64,000 nucleotides of DNA from Macrostomum lignano (taxonomy: Eukaryota). Made by a program: the position numbers and the translations under genes. Of this stretch, positions 39,196 through 55,200 are shown piece after piece. The stretch spans positions 14,191-78,190 of the forward strand of contig NIVC01003761.1 in NCBI GenBank assembly GCA_002269645.1, written 5' to 3'. The number at the start of each line of letters is the position of its first letter. Position 1 is the first letter of the stretch. Under the pieces are notes generated by a model. It was not told the origin of the DNA. It ran no database searches and saw only the letters and a program-made list of their open reading frames with translations.

Positions 39196-39814
39196 ATGAT
39201 GATCTGATTGATTTATCGGTGATATTCTGATGCAATTTAAGGCGCAATGATCCGCCGATCATACTATAACAGAATACAAGTGAAGCATGAAAGATGCTAC
39301 CGAAAAATAAATCTGCATGTTAATATTTTAACTCTCTATCCTCTTTTGCAAAGTTTTAAAGAATACTGTTATGTTCTATTAAAAACCTTTTATATTTGTC
39401 AGGAAAATTGAATATCAGACCTCAGCGCAACAGTGAAAATTATGAATGCAATTTTACCACATTTATATGCTTCGTAATTTTAATATTGACATTTAAATAA
39501 CCCTAAGCCACACTATGTAAACTTATCGATTCTACAATCTAACAACATCCTTGACCTCACCTCTAGATCTCATCCTCATCTCTAGTCTCATTCTGAGCAA
39601 GATCTTTTACAAGTACAAAAATCTTATATTAGTTTGTCATTGTGTAAACTCACTTCGTCTCACTAAAAGTTTTTATTTGTTAAATCAACTCCTGTAGTTA
39701 AAAAATATCTTTGCAATGTGTGATCACAATAAAATTTGGCTAAGCCAGCAATTTTTTGGGCATGAAAGTAATAAACTGACTCCCCAAGTTTTTTAATACC
39801 ATCCTTTATAGATA

Positions 39815-39960
<146 letters not shown>

Positions 39961-39977
39961 GAGGTCGCTCCCTACAC

Positions 39978-42091
<2,114 letters not shown>

Positions 42092-42763
42092 GACAACGCC
42101 CTAAACAGCTCAACGGGTAACAAACCTTTTTTCGAGTGAGCCAAGAAGGCCTGAATGCATGCCTTTTCTTATTAGAATCTCAGCGTAGGCTTCCCATATG
42201 GTTCATTCCCTGGCTTTTTAGAACTGGAACCTAGCAAGTATGAAATTGGCTTGGTTACCAATCGAACAGTGTTTATCTCTCTCCCCGCTGCTATCATAAC
42301 TATAGATTTTGATAGATAGTTCTCAATCACTCCTAAAGCAGCTTTTGGAAAACTTTTAAATCAAATATTGAACCTAAGCCAGTATAGAGTTAACTGGATA
42401 CCAAAACATTACAAATTGTGACTCGAGCACGAACAGGAAGCTTACTCGAGTTGAGCCCTAAAACCTGCTCATTTTAGTTCTACTTGAGTAGCCACGAAAA
42501 ACTTACAAGGCTTGCACTACAGGAAGCTCAACTTCTGTAGTCGGCACGGGCATCTGCATTTGATCGTTTGCGACGCGATTGGAAAGTAGCGGATATGAAG
42601 AAATGACGAAAATTTAACTCTTCATTTTTGTCTTGATGTAGGGAGCCTTTTTTAAAGCCTACATCAGGAGCCAGGTAAGCATTACAAGCTTAACTCTTGT
42701 GTGAAATGATGAGGCTTCAGGGCACTTCGTATAGCTAAACAAATATACATGTAGCGCTTAACG

Positions 42764-43054
42764 CAGAGGTCAGCAAACTTTTTATCTCAAGGGCCTAGAG
42801 CCTAGAGAACCTAGAGCATGACTAGGAGGGGAGTGGAGAGAGGATAGGGAATAGAGAAGAGAAATAGGAGAAAGGAGAAGAGAGGAGACGAGAGGGAGGA
42901 GAGATCAAATAGAAGAGAGAGGAGAGGGGAGTAGATGAGAAAAGAGAGAGGCGAGAAGACAAAACCTTAAGCGGGCCGGATTGCTATTGTGAAATTTCGA
43001 AGGACCCGAGGGCCGGATAGAGAGGCTTTGCGGGCCGGAGTTTGGCGACCCCTG
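42764..43054. mobile_element. hAT (Charlie-like) MITE, 291 bp, with purine-rich interior
   Basis: TIRs CAGAGGTCAGCAAACT / AGTTTGGCGACCCCTG. Perfect 8-bp TSD GCTTAACG (42756-42763, 43055-43062). Subterminal GCGGGCCGG motifs. Confidence 0.9.
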
Positions 43055-44039
43055 GCTTAACGGATACTTTACTACTAACTAATTCATTGCAAATTCGACT
43101 TGAACTAAGTTTCGTGTAGCTAGCGTATGTACGAGCGTATGATTTAAAAAATACTTCACTATCATTTTGTTTTTCTTAGAAATGCAAGATTAATTCACCT
43201 TTTCTTGAGTGCACGCTCGTCGATGCCGATCGAAGCCCGCAGCGTCAGCAGCAGCACCTCCTGCACCGACTTTGTACAGTTTAACTTGATCCACATTCTT
43301 TGTGATAATTTAAAGTTACGTCAAAATTTTAAATCATTGAATATATGTAGTAGCTAGGGCGTAATTTAGGAGCGGAATCATATTTGCTTTTACACTACTA
43401 ACAGTAGTTTTCAGTAGCGGAAATATCGGTAATTAGATTAAGTTAGGGTTTTTATTATTAATAAAGAGCGGTTGGGCTCTTTGGAGAAGCATCCTTCGTT
43501 GCAATCTTTCGACTTAGAAAATGTCAACAAAAAGGGAATTTAACGTAATGGAAATAAAGGGACTTTGTTTGGCATAGGAATTAATATTGCTCTAGATGAG
43601 CCTTGCTTCTAAAACACGAGAGTCTTGCCCAAGCACATTCTAGGGAAAACAACTAGGAATATAATGTAAAACAACATTTTGTATGCTAACAATCTTATCT
43701 ATAGTTGAACATTTTGCTTGAAAACTAAGATTTATATTGGTTTCCTGTCTTCTTTAATCACTAAATACTAGGATTAGGGAGTATCAGGAAACCTGGTGGC
43801 AGCAACCTACCAACTAAACTATTAGAATCCACTAAGAATAATAACCAGAGAAACCAGTAGCCTAAACCGCAGGACCACGACTGAAAATATTGTTCAAAAA
43901 TGAAAGTTCAAACAAAAAATAGACCGATTTTTGATAAAGCAGTTTCAAAGACGCAAAAATTATATTTAAACTGATAGAAAAGAAATACACAGTGCAGTTT
44001 CAGTTTATCAGCAAGCCGAAAACTTATTCCCAGTAGAAT

Positions 44040-45413
44040 TTAAAGCTTGTTTAACGCCTGCATCAGAGCCATCTTCACAATGTTTGCAGCCGTTTTCTTC
44101 TGCGTCTTCGCTATCAATCGGGCCACCATTTTTAGCAGCACGTTTGACAGCAACTGGCTTAACTCGAGGGAGATTCTGTCCTGCTTCACTTTCCTGCCAG
44201 CCACAGCTTTGCAGCTTGTCGGCATAGCTTGCAGCCTTGATTTCAACTGTTTTACACCCAAGCTTTCCTGCCTGTGTAGCTTGTTTGATGGCACTTCTTC
44301 ATTATCCACCTCTGCTTCTTCATTATCTATCTCTGCTTCTTCATTATCCACCTCTGCTTCTTCATTATCTATCTCTGCTTCTCCATTACCCACCTCTGCT
44401 TCTTCATTATCCACCTCTGCTTCTTCATTATCTATCTCTGCTTCTCCATTACCCACCTCTGCTTCTTCATTATCCACCTCTGCTTCTTCATTATCCACCT
44501 CTGCTTCTTCATTATCCACCTCTGCTTCTTCATTATCCACCTCTGCTTCTTCATTATCCACCTCTGCTTCTTCATTATCCACCTCTGCTTCTTCATTATC
44601 CACCTCTGCTTCTTCATTATCCACCTCTGCTTCTTCATTGTCTGTTACGTTTTCCTCGCCGCTATCCTTTTCGTCCGCTATTTCATCATCATTGTCAGTT
44701 ATAAAGCTTTCGTTTTCTGTGTCATAATCTCCGTTTTCTGGGCCATCAGGATCCTCAATTTCCGTAACTTCTTCTTCATTCTCCGTTCCATCCTCGTAAT
44801 CTGTCCTTTCTTCGTCGTATTCTGTTCCATCCTCTTCATTCTCTGTCCCATCCTCTTCATTCTCTGTTTCTTCCTCTTCATTTTCTGTTTCTTCCTCTTC
44901 AAAATCTGTTTCGTCCTCTTCATAATCTGTTTCTTCCTCTTCATAATCTGTTTCGTTCTCTTCATAATCTGTTCCCTCATCTGCATTCTCGGTTTCTTCC
45001 TCCAGTTCTTCAGGACCCTGCTCAGTGCCAGTTTCAGCGTCGTCAGTGTTCAAATGCATCCTCACAGCACCATTGTTGTCCAAACTAAACTGATCGTCAT
45101 CATTTTCTGTTGTTTTGTCACTATTGTTAGGAGAAAATGGCTCTTCCTCGTCAGCAGCATAATCTGATGCATCGCTCACGATATTGTTGTCAGAATGAGC
45201 CGCGTCTCTGATCAAAACTTCGCCAAGTTTGTCGACCTCCTCCGTGCGCACGCCTTCATTGTTGCTCTCGAAAGTCACGCTCTCGACCTGCTCATTGCTC
45301 ATGGCTTCCGCTCTAGCGCACACACCCAGCTCATCATTGTTGCCGAATCTTGCACTTTGCGTCAGGCTGCACACTTCTCGATGATCAGGATCCTTCAATA
45401 TCTGCTCAGCCAT
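44040..45413 (-). CDS. Highly acidic hypothetical protein, 457 aa, with 7-aa repeats (EVDNEEA) and a basic helical C-terminus
   Basis: ATG-initiated single ORF. About 240 aa of unique N-terminal and about 80 aa of unique C-terminal sequence flank an in-frame 21-bp repeat (about 44290-44640). Confidence 0.7.
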   Translation of the reverse strand: MAEQILKDPDHREVCSLTQSARFGNNDELGVCARAEAMSNEQVESVTFESNNEGVRTEEVDKLGEVLIRDAAHSDNNIVSDASDYAADEEEPFSPNNSDKTTENDDDQFSLDNNGAVRMHLNTDDAETGTEQGPEELEEETENADEGTDYEENETDYEEEETDYEEDETDFEEEETENEEEETENEEDGTENEEDGTEYDEERTDYEDGTENEEEVTEIEDPDGPENGDYDTENESFITDNDDEIADEKDSGEENVTDNEEAEVDNEEAEVDNEEAEVDNEEAEVDNEEAEVDNEEAEVDNEEAEVDNEEAEVDNEEAEVGNGEAEIDNEEAEVDNEEAEVGNGEAEIDNEEAEVDNEEAEIDNEEAEVDNEEVPSNKLHRQESLGVKQLKSRLQAMPTSCKAVAGRKVKQDRISLELSQLLSNVLLKMVARLIAKTQKKTAANIVKMALMQALNKL

Positions 45414-46213
45414 GTCGTCGGGGCGTTTAACAACGGAAATTCGACGACAAAAATGTTTTCGTTAAATACAGGTTTTTTTAAGCATGTTGCTCAGCTGGCC
45501 ACTTCCTTATAACAATCAGTGATTATATCCAAAGCTGTGTCCTGAAAACATAAATCTATTATTCAAAATTTATGTGGAAAAACTGTGAAAACCCATGCCA
45601 CAGACAACAAAAACTAAACGAACGTTATGATAAGTCAATGCGAGAAAAACGTCCTAAACGCCTATTGGCTTCTACTTTTAGTAAGAAGTAACGTAAACAC
45701 GTAGATTTTTTAGCAGTCTGAAGAAGCAGTTCGGCTATGTACAAATCTTGGACTATTGGTATTCCGGCCTGTTGATAGGCAGCGGCAGATGGTCCTTAAA
45801 CCGGTACCCCGCCAGCGCATATCTGGCTCACGTAGGTCCCAGGTCTAATTGATGATAAAAGCAGATTTGACCTCGGAATTTTCTAGTTCTAGAATGAGCC
45901 TTTCATCTCTGTCCTTCACTCTTCAGCCTAATCTTCCGATCCTGCGTTGCTTGTTCTACAATTTCCATTGGGCTTTGTTTATCCGAAATCCAGTGGGTCG
46001 GACAGCTTACTAGCTACTAGCCAACCAAATCTCATCAATAGTTTTCCATTTTCCGTCTGCCTTACCTTCTTCGGCATTATATAATAGTACAAGGCCTTTC
46101 TGACGGGCTTCAAAAGCGAGACTGAAACGTGGCTGCCTGGCCAAAGCCGGAGTTTCAGGGTGCAATTTTTAGCGTCCAAACGTCAGATGCAAACCTCTCA
46201 GTTTAGATATTCA

Positions 46214-49200
46214 ATGCTGCCAATCATTTCTCGACTGCTGCTTGTCAGCATTCTGACGATCTTGGTAAGTTCAATACTTTCTGAACTTAATCGACGATGC
46301 TACTGTAAAAAGCGTGTCACGTTGTGTCATCCTGCAGCTAAGCATCGCACCAGCGCATTGCGACGCGACCACCAGCGAAGCGGTGAAATCGATCAACACA
46401 TTCGAATACAACTGGGCAGAGGTTGAGAAAAAGAATTCCAAAGGAGTGGAATTCTCGGTGAGTGTATGTCTCTTGATGGCGAAACTTCATTCAAAGAGCA
46501 AATCTTTTCAAAACCTGTGGAGAAACAGAAACTGTATCTTCGAATAAAATTTCCAGCAATATCTTTTTAAATAGATAGTGCATCTCCACACATACACGAG
46601 TCCAGTTTTTACTCAAGTTACGCTTGTTGAAAATCTGAATATTCAACAAGGACTACTCGATGCTAGAGACCGGAAACTACAAAAATCCGATCCATTCATA
46701 ACTTTGTGTTTGAAAATAATTGATAGTTTTTAACCAGAGAATAGCGAGTATACATACTTTATACTTTATTTAAATACTTGGTAAATGAACTTTTTGGCCA
46801 TAGACATTGAGTTTTAGCAGTTTAAGCTATCATGCACAGTTTTTCACCATGCTTTCATTAAACTCGAAATGTCTATGGCCAAAGAGTATAGAGTCCCGGA
46901 AGGAACGAAAATCAGCTTCACTTTAGACCCTTCTATTGGTATTCTATGTATACTGGATATTCTCTGGTTTAAACTTGTAGCCAGTGAGTTTGTGTCTGTG
47001 GTACAAACCTATCAAAGCAATGCTTTTCGAGGACTAAGTCATTAATAAATCGGCATGTATCCCCCTTTTGCCCCGGGCGAGTGTCTATGTGACGCATGTT
47101 TTCATTTATTTCCCTAGGTGAATAAATCATTTATTTCCCGCTGCCCCGCGGGCTGCTAAATTCGAGACAACAACCATAGACAACGAACGGGGGATACATA
47201 TCATATTCCCCACTCATTTAGCTGTCTAGGGCCAAAAGCCCTTGTTCGAGCTAGTTTCCCGCAGTTACTAAATCACTAAGTGATAAGTACAAAGAAAGTT
47301 GTAGTAGCTAAATTGGATGGTTCACTCAACCATATTCTTCAAAACTACTCTCTGTTCCAGTAGTATGACAGGAAAAAGCAATATGTATTTATTCGACTAG
47401 CTCCACTACCTTGAAAGTGGCAAAGTTGCTTGCGTGTGACAGGAGCAGCTAGTCATCCTTTTCTCCAAAAATTAATCTCTAAACAAAAAATAGGGCAAAT
47501 ATACTCTTATGTCATTGCAATGAGAGCAGCAAGTAAAAATGACACTTTAAGATAGTGCTGAGTGAACCATCTGGTATATTTAGTATCTATGCTTGACTAA
47601 ATCAATTGAAACTTGACAGAAGCGCAGTTAAATTAATCTCGATCGTATCGATTTTATATGATGTCATAAAACCAGCTCATCGAATTTTTTAAATTATAGC
47701 TTCCCTCGACAAAGGATTCGAAATTCGATTGGACTCCAGGATCATTCGGACCTGTAAGTACAAGCGCCTATCGAATAATAATAATAATATAATTGATTAC
47801 ACCTGCCCCAATGGGGCCAGATGTGCAATCGACAGCTCAGCCTCAGCTATTGCGCGGCGCATCTGAAAGCTGCGTACGGCTGTTCAGTGAAAGGACTGGG
47901 GGGTCGCCACTCCCATCCCCGTTTACCCCAGCTAATCCAGGCATCCATTTTACAGCTGGGTGAACTGAAGCGATGCAGAATTAAGTGTCTTCTTTAAGGA
48001 CACAGATTGTTTCAGTGGGATCGGGAATCGAGCCCCGACCTTCAAGTCGTGAGTCCGACGCTCTAACCGCTAGGCTAAAACCCCACCCTAGGATACAACC
48101 CCTCCCTTGGCTACAACCCCTCCCTAGGCTACAACCCCTCCCTAGGCTACAACCCCTCCCTAGGCTACAACCCCTCCCTAGGCTACAACCCCTCCCTAGG
48201 CTACAACCCCTCCCTAGGCTACAACCCCTCCCTAGGCTACAACCCCTCCCTAGGCTACAACCCCTCCCTAGGCTACAACCCCTCCCTAGGCTACAACCCC
48301 TCCCTAGGCTACAACCCCTCCCTAGGCTACAACCCCTCCCTAGGCTACAACCCCTCCCTAGGCTACAACCCCTCCCTAGGCTACAACCCCTCCCTAGGCT
48401 ACAACCCCTCCCTAGGCTACAACCCCTCCCTAGGCTACAACCCCTCCCTAGGCTACAACCCCTCCCTAGGCTAAAACCCCTCCCTAGGCTACAACCCCTC
48501 CCTAGGCTACAACCCCTCCCTAGGCTACAACCCCTCCCTAGGCTACAACCCCTCCCTAGGCTACAACCCCTCCCTAGGCTACAGCCCGGCCTATCGAACT
48601 AGACTTTGTTACTATAGCAGGTTTAACTTATCGCACCCTGCAATTCACAGTGCTTCGGATGCGGGACTCGCAGCTATCGATACGTCAGTCACGACTGCGT
48701 CCACAGACTGCCAATCAATTTAACAGCTGATGCGGTTTCAAAGTAAGTTGAATGCTTGATCTGGCTGCGTACACAGGAGCTATTGTGCCTCGCTACGACT
48801 ATAACTAACACTGATTACCGACTTTTATTCCTTCTCAATCAGAACTCTAGTCGGCGTTTTCAAAGTCCCCGAAGAGGAGTGCACGCGCCGCAAGGGCGGC
48901 CCGCCAGCGCAGAGGACCTTGTTGGGCTGCGGCCCGCCCTGCAGTCAGCTGAGGCTGCTTCGAGGTGGACTGACCGGGGTAAGTACCTTCTCGGATTAGG
49001 AGTCATTAATCCGTTGCTTTTGAAATGATTTGTCGGTAGGTAGGTGTCTTGTGAAAAGTGAACCTTATCTTCCTCTTCAGCCTTAATTGCTAACTCAGTG
49101 GCATCAAAGAATGCTTTTTGTGTGCCAACCGAAATCAATTGAATTCCATGGGGTATGAATAGTTTTAGACCGCCGAATCCATTAATAAAATTTACATGAT

Positions 49201-52200
49201 CCTACTGCACAGTGTCGCTGTCTTCATGAGCGCAAACTAGCGTTCGACGTGCCGCGATTGACCTGCCAGGACACTCGCAACCGGTCGGTCAGCTTATCGT
49301 TGTGCCAAACAATCTACGAAAAAAGTACTCGATTGTACACCGCCGCCCCCTGTGAATTCGACGCTGTCTGCTCTCAGCCAAGCGAGTGGGTAGTTGGCAA
49401 TTGGACATTGTGCAGCGTGGACAGCCCCCAGTACCAAAATCGGGAGGTGGTCTGCGCCACTCGAGTACCAAACGGTGTTTACTTGATCATGCACGACTCA
49501 ATGTGCGTCAAGGCTGCCAGACCCGTGGCCAACAGATACTGCGCTCGCTGGGCTGCCGAGAAAAACTTCAAGGTGAGAACATTGAGATTTGTTACTGTGT
49601 CCTGAGATTACTGCGGGAGAGGCTTGTACTAGATTGAGGATATTGCGAGTACAAGAGCGAGGGGTGTACAGAACCGAGAATAGTACAAGAGTGAGGAGAA
49701 TACATGATTGAGAATAGTACAAGAGTGAGGAGAATACATGATTGAGAATAGTACAAGAGTGAGGAGAATACATGATTGAGAATAGTACAAGAGTGAGAAG
49801 AATACATGATGGAGAATAGTACAAGAGTGAGGAGAATACATGATTGAGAATAGTACAAGAGTGAGGAGAATACATGATGGAGAATACGAGTAGTACAAGA
49901 GTGAGTAGAATACATGATGGAGAATAGTACAAGAGTGAGGAGAATACATGATGGAGAATACGAGTAGTACAAGATTGAGTAGAATACATGATTGAGAATA
50001 GTACAAGAGTGAGGAGAATACATGATGGAGAATACGAGTAGTACAAGAGTGAGTAGAATACATGATGGAGAATAGTACAAGAGTGAGGAGAATACATGAT
50101 GGAGAATAGTACAAAAGTGAGGAGAATACATGATTGAGAATAGTACAAGAGTGAGGAGAATACATGATTGAGAATACGAGTAGTACAAGAGTGAGAAGAA
50201 TACATGATGGAGAATAGTACAAGAGTGGGGAGAATACATGATGGAGAATAGTACAAGAGTGAGGAGAATACATGATGGAGAATAGTACAAGAGTGAGAAG
50301 AATACATGATGGAGAATAGTACAAGAGTGGGGAGAATACATGTACATGATTGAGAATAGTACAGGAGAGAGGAGAATACATGATGGAGAATAGTACAAGA
50401 GTGAGGAGAATACATGATTGAGAATAGTACAAGAGTGAGGAGAATACATGATGGAGAATACGAGTAGTACAAGAGTGAGTAGAATACATGATGGAGAATA
50501 GTACAAGAGTGAGGAGAATACATGATGGAGAATACGAGTAGTACAAGATTGAGTAGAATACATGATTGAGAATAGTACAAGAGTGAGGAGAATACATGAT
50601 GGAGAATACGAGTAGTACAAGAGTGAGTAGAATACATGATGGAGAATAGTACAAGAGTGAGGAGAATACATGATGGAGAATAGTACAAAAGTGAGGAGAA
50701 TACATGATTGAGAATAGTACAAGAGTGAGGAGAATACATGATTGAGAATACGAGTAGTACAAGAGTGAGAAGAATACATGATGGAGAATAGTACAAGAGT
50801 GGGGAGAATACATGATGGAGAATAGTACAAGAGTGAGGAGAATACATGATGGAGAATAGTACAAAAGTGAGGAGAATACATGATTGAGAATAGTACAAGA
50901 GTGAGGAGAATACATGATTGAGAATACGAGTAGTACAAGAGTGAGAAGAATACATGATGGAGAATAGTACAAGAGTGGGGAGAATACATGATGGAGAATA
51001 GTACAAGAGTGAGGAGAATACATGATGGAGAATAGTACAAGAGTGAGAAGAATACATGATGGAGAATAGTACAAGAGTGGGGAGAATACATGATGGAGAA
51101 TAGTACAAGAGTGAGGAGAATACATGATGGAGAATAGTACAAGAGTGAGGAGAATACATGATGGAGAATAGTACAAGAGTGAGGAGAATACATGATAGCG
51201 AATAGTACAAGAGTGGGGAGAATACATGATGGAGAATAGTACAAGAGTGAGGAGAATACATGATGGAGAATAGTACAAGAGTGAGGAGAATACATGATGG
51301 AGAATAGTACAACAGTGAGGAGAATACATGATGGAGAATAGTACAGGAGTGAGGAGAATACATGATGGAGAATAGTACAAAAGTGAGGAGAATACATGAT
51401 GGAGAATAGTACAAAAGTGAGGAGAATACATGATGGAGAATAGTACAGGAGTGAGGAGAATACATGATGGAGAATAGTACAAAAGTGAGGAGAATACATG
51501 ATGGAGAATAGTACAAGAGTGAGGAGAATACATGATTGAGAATAGTACAAGAGTGAGGAGAATACATGATTGAGAATAGTACAAGAGTGAGAAGAATACA
51601 TGATGGAGAATAGTACAAGAGTGAGGAGAATACATGATTGAGAATAGTACAAGAGTGAGGAGAATACATGATGGAGAATACGAGTAGTACAAGAGTGAGT
51701 AGAATACATGATGGAGAATAGTACAAGAGTGAGGAGAATACATGATGGAGAATACGAGTAGTACAAGATTGAGTAGAATACATGATTGAGAATAGTACAA
51801 GAGTGAGGAGAATACATGATGGAGAATACGAGTAGTACAAGAGTGAGTAGAATACATGATGGAGAATAGTACAAGAGTGAGGAGAATACATGATGGAGAA
51901 TAGTACAAAAGTGAGGAGAATACATGATTGAGAATAGTACAAGAGTGAGGAGAATACATGATTGAGAATACGAGTAGTACAAGAGTGAGAAGAATACATG
52001 ATGGAGAATAGTACAAGAGTGGGAGAATACATGATGGAGAATAGTACAAGAGTGAGGAGAATACATGATGGAGAATAGTACAAGAGTGAGAAGAATACAT
52101 GATGGAGAATAGTACAAGAGTGGGGAGAATACATGTACATGATTGAGAATAGTACAGGAGAGAGGAGAATACATGATGGAGAATAGTACAAGAGTGAGGA

Positions 52201-55200
52201 GAATACATGATTGAGAATAGTACAAGAGTGAGGAGAATACATGATGGAGAATACGAGTAGTACAAGAGTGAGTAGAATACATGATGGAGAATAGTACAAG
52301 AGTGAGGAGAATACATGATGGAGAATACGAGTAGTACAAGATGAGTAGAATACATGATTGAGAATAGTACAAGAGTGAGGAGAATACATGATGGAGAATA
52401 CGAGTAGTACAAGAGTGAGTAGAATACATGATGGAGAATAGTACAAGAGTGAGGAGAATACATGATGGAGAATAGTACAAAAGTGAGGAGAATACATGAT
52501 TGAGAATAGTACAAGAGTGAGGAGAATACATGATTGAGAATACGAGTAGTACAAGAGTGAGAAGAATACATGATGGAGAATAGTACAAGAGTGGGGAGAA
52601 TACATGATGGAGAATAGTACAAGAGTGAGGAGAATACATGATGGAGAATAGTACAAAAGTGAGGAGAATACATGATTGAGAATAGTACAAGAGTGAGGAG
52701 AATACATGATTGAGAATACGAGTAGTACAAGAGTGAGAAGAATACATGATGGAGAATAGTACAAGAGTGGGAGAATACATGATGGAGAATAGTACAAGAG
52801 TGAGGAGAATACATGATGGAGAATAGTACAAGAGTGAGAAGAATACATGATGGAGAATAGTACAAGAGTGGGGAGAATACATGATGGAGAATAGTACAAG
52901 AGTGAGGAGAATACATGATGGAGAATAGTACAAGAGTGAGGAGAATACATGATGGAGAATAGTACAAGAGTGAGGAGAATACATGATAGCGAATAGTACA
53001 AGAGTGGGAGAATACATGATGGAGAATAGTACAAGAGTGAGGAGAATACATGATGGAGAATAGTACAAGAGTGAGGAGAATACATGATGGAGAATAGTAC
53101 AACAGTGAGGAGAATACATGATGGAGAATAGTACAGGAGTGAGGAGAATACATGATGGAGAATAGTACAAAAGTGAGGAGAATACATGATGGAGAATAGT
53201 ACAAAAGTGAGGAGAATACATGATGGAGAATAGTACAGGAGTGAGGAGAATACATGATGGAGAATAGTACAAAAGTGAGGAGAATACATGATGGAGAATA
53301 GTACAAGAGTGAGGAGAATACATGATGAGAATAGTACAAGAGTGAGGAGAATACATGATTGAGAATAGTACAAGAGTGAGAAGAATACATGATGGAGAAT
53401 AGTACAAGAGTGAGGAGAATACATGATTGAGAATAGTACAAGAGTGAGGAGAATACATGATGGAGAATACGAGTAGTACAAGAGTGAGTAGAATACATGA
53501 TGGAGAATAGTACAAGAGTGAGGAGAATACATGATGGAGAATACGAGTAGTACAAGATGAGTAGAATACATGATTGAGAATAGTACAAGAGTGAGGAGAA
53601 TACATGATGGAGAATACGAGTAGTACAAGAGTGAGTAGAATACATGATGGAGAATAGTACAAGAGTGAGGAGAATACATGATGGAGAATAGTACAAAGTG
53701 AGGAGAATACATGATGAGAATAGTACAAGAGTGAGGAGAATACATGATTGAGAATACGAGTAGTACAAGAGTGAGAAGAATACATGATGGAGAATAGTAC
53801 AAGAGTGGGGAGAATACATGATGGAGAATAGTACAAGAGTGAGGAGAATACATGATGGAGAATAGTACAAGAGTGAGAAGAATACATGATGGAGAATAGT
53901 ACAATAGTGGGGAGAATACATGATGGAGAATAGTACAAGAGTGAGGAGAATACATGATGGAGAATAGTACAAGAGTGAGGAGAATACATGATAGCGAATA
54001 GTACAAGAGTGAGGAGAATACATGATGGAGAATAGTACAGGAGTGAGGAGAATACATGATGGAGAATAGTACAACAGTGAGGAGAATACATGATGGAGAA
54101 TAGTACAACAGTGAGGAGAATACATGATGGAGAATAGTACAACAGTGAGGAGAATACATGATGGAGAATAGTACAACAGTGAGGAGAATACATGATGGAG
54201 AATAGTACAACAGTGAGGAGAATACATGATGGAGAATAGTACAAAAGTGAGGAGAATACATGATGGAGAATAGTACAGGAGTGAGGAGAATACATGATGG
54301 AGAATAGTACAACAGTGAGGAGAATACATGATGGAGAATAGTACAGGAGTGAGGAGAATACATGATGGAGAATAGTACAAGAGTGAGAAGAATACATGAT
54401 GGAGAATAGTACAAGAGTGAGGAGAATACATGATGGAGAATAGTACAAGAGTGAGGAGAATACATGATTGAGAATAGTACAAGAGTGAGAAGAATACATG
54501 ATGGAGAATAGTACAAGAGTGAGGAGAATACATGATGGAGAATAGTACAAGAGTGAGGAGAATACATGATTGAGAATAGTACAAGAGTGAGGAGAATACA
54601 TGATGGAGAATAGTACAAGAGTGAGAAGAATACATGATGGAGAATAGTACAAGAGTGAGGAGAATACATGATGGAGAATAGTACAAGAGTGAGAAGAATA
54701 CATGATGGAGAATAGTACAAGAGTGAGGAGAATACATGATGGAGAATAGTACAAGAGTGAGGAGAATACATGATGGAGAATAGTACAATAGTGAGGAGAA
54801 TACATGATTGAGAATAGTACAAGAGTGAGGAGAATACATGATGGAGAATAGTACAAGAGTGAGGAGAATACATGATTGAGAATAGTACAAGAGTGAGGAG
54901 AATACATGATGGAGAATAGTACAATAGTGAGGAGAATACATGATTGAGAATAGTACAAGAGTGAGGAGAATACATGATTGAGAATAGTACAAGAGTGAGG
55001 AGAATACATGATTGAGAATAGTACAAGAGTGAGGAGAATACATGATGGAGAATAGTACAAGAGTGGGGAGAATACATGATGGAGAATAGTACAAGAGTGA
55101 GGAGAATACATGATGAGAATAGTACAAGAGTGAGGAGAATACATGATGGAGAATAGTACAAGAGTGAGGAGAATACATGATGGAGAATGAGTACAAGAGT

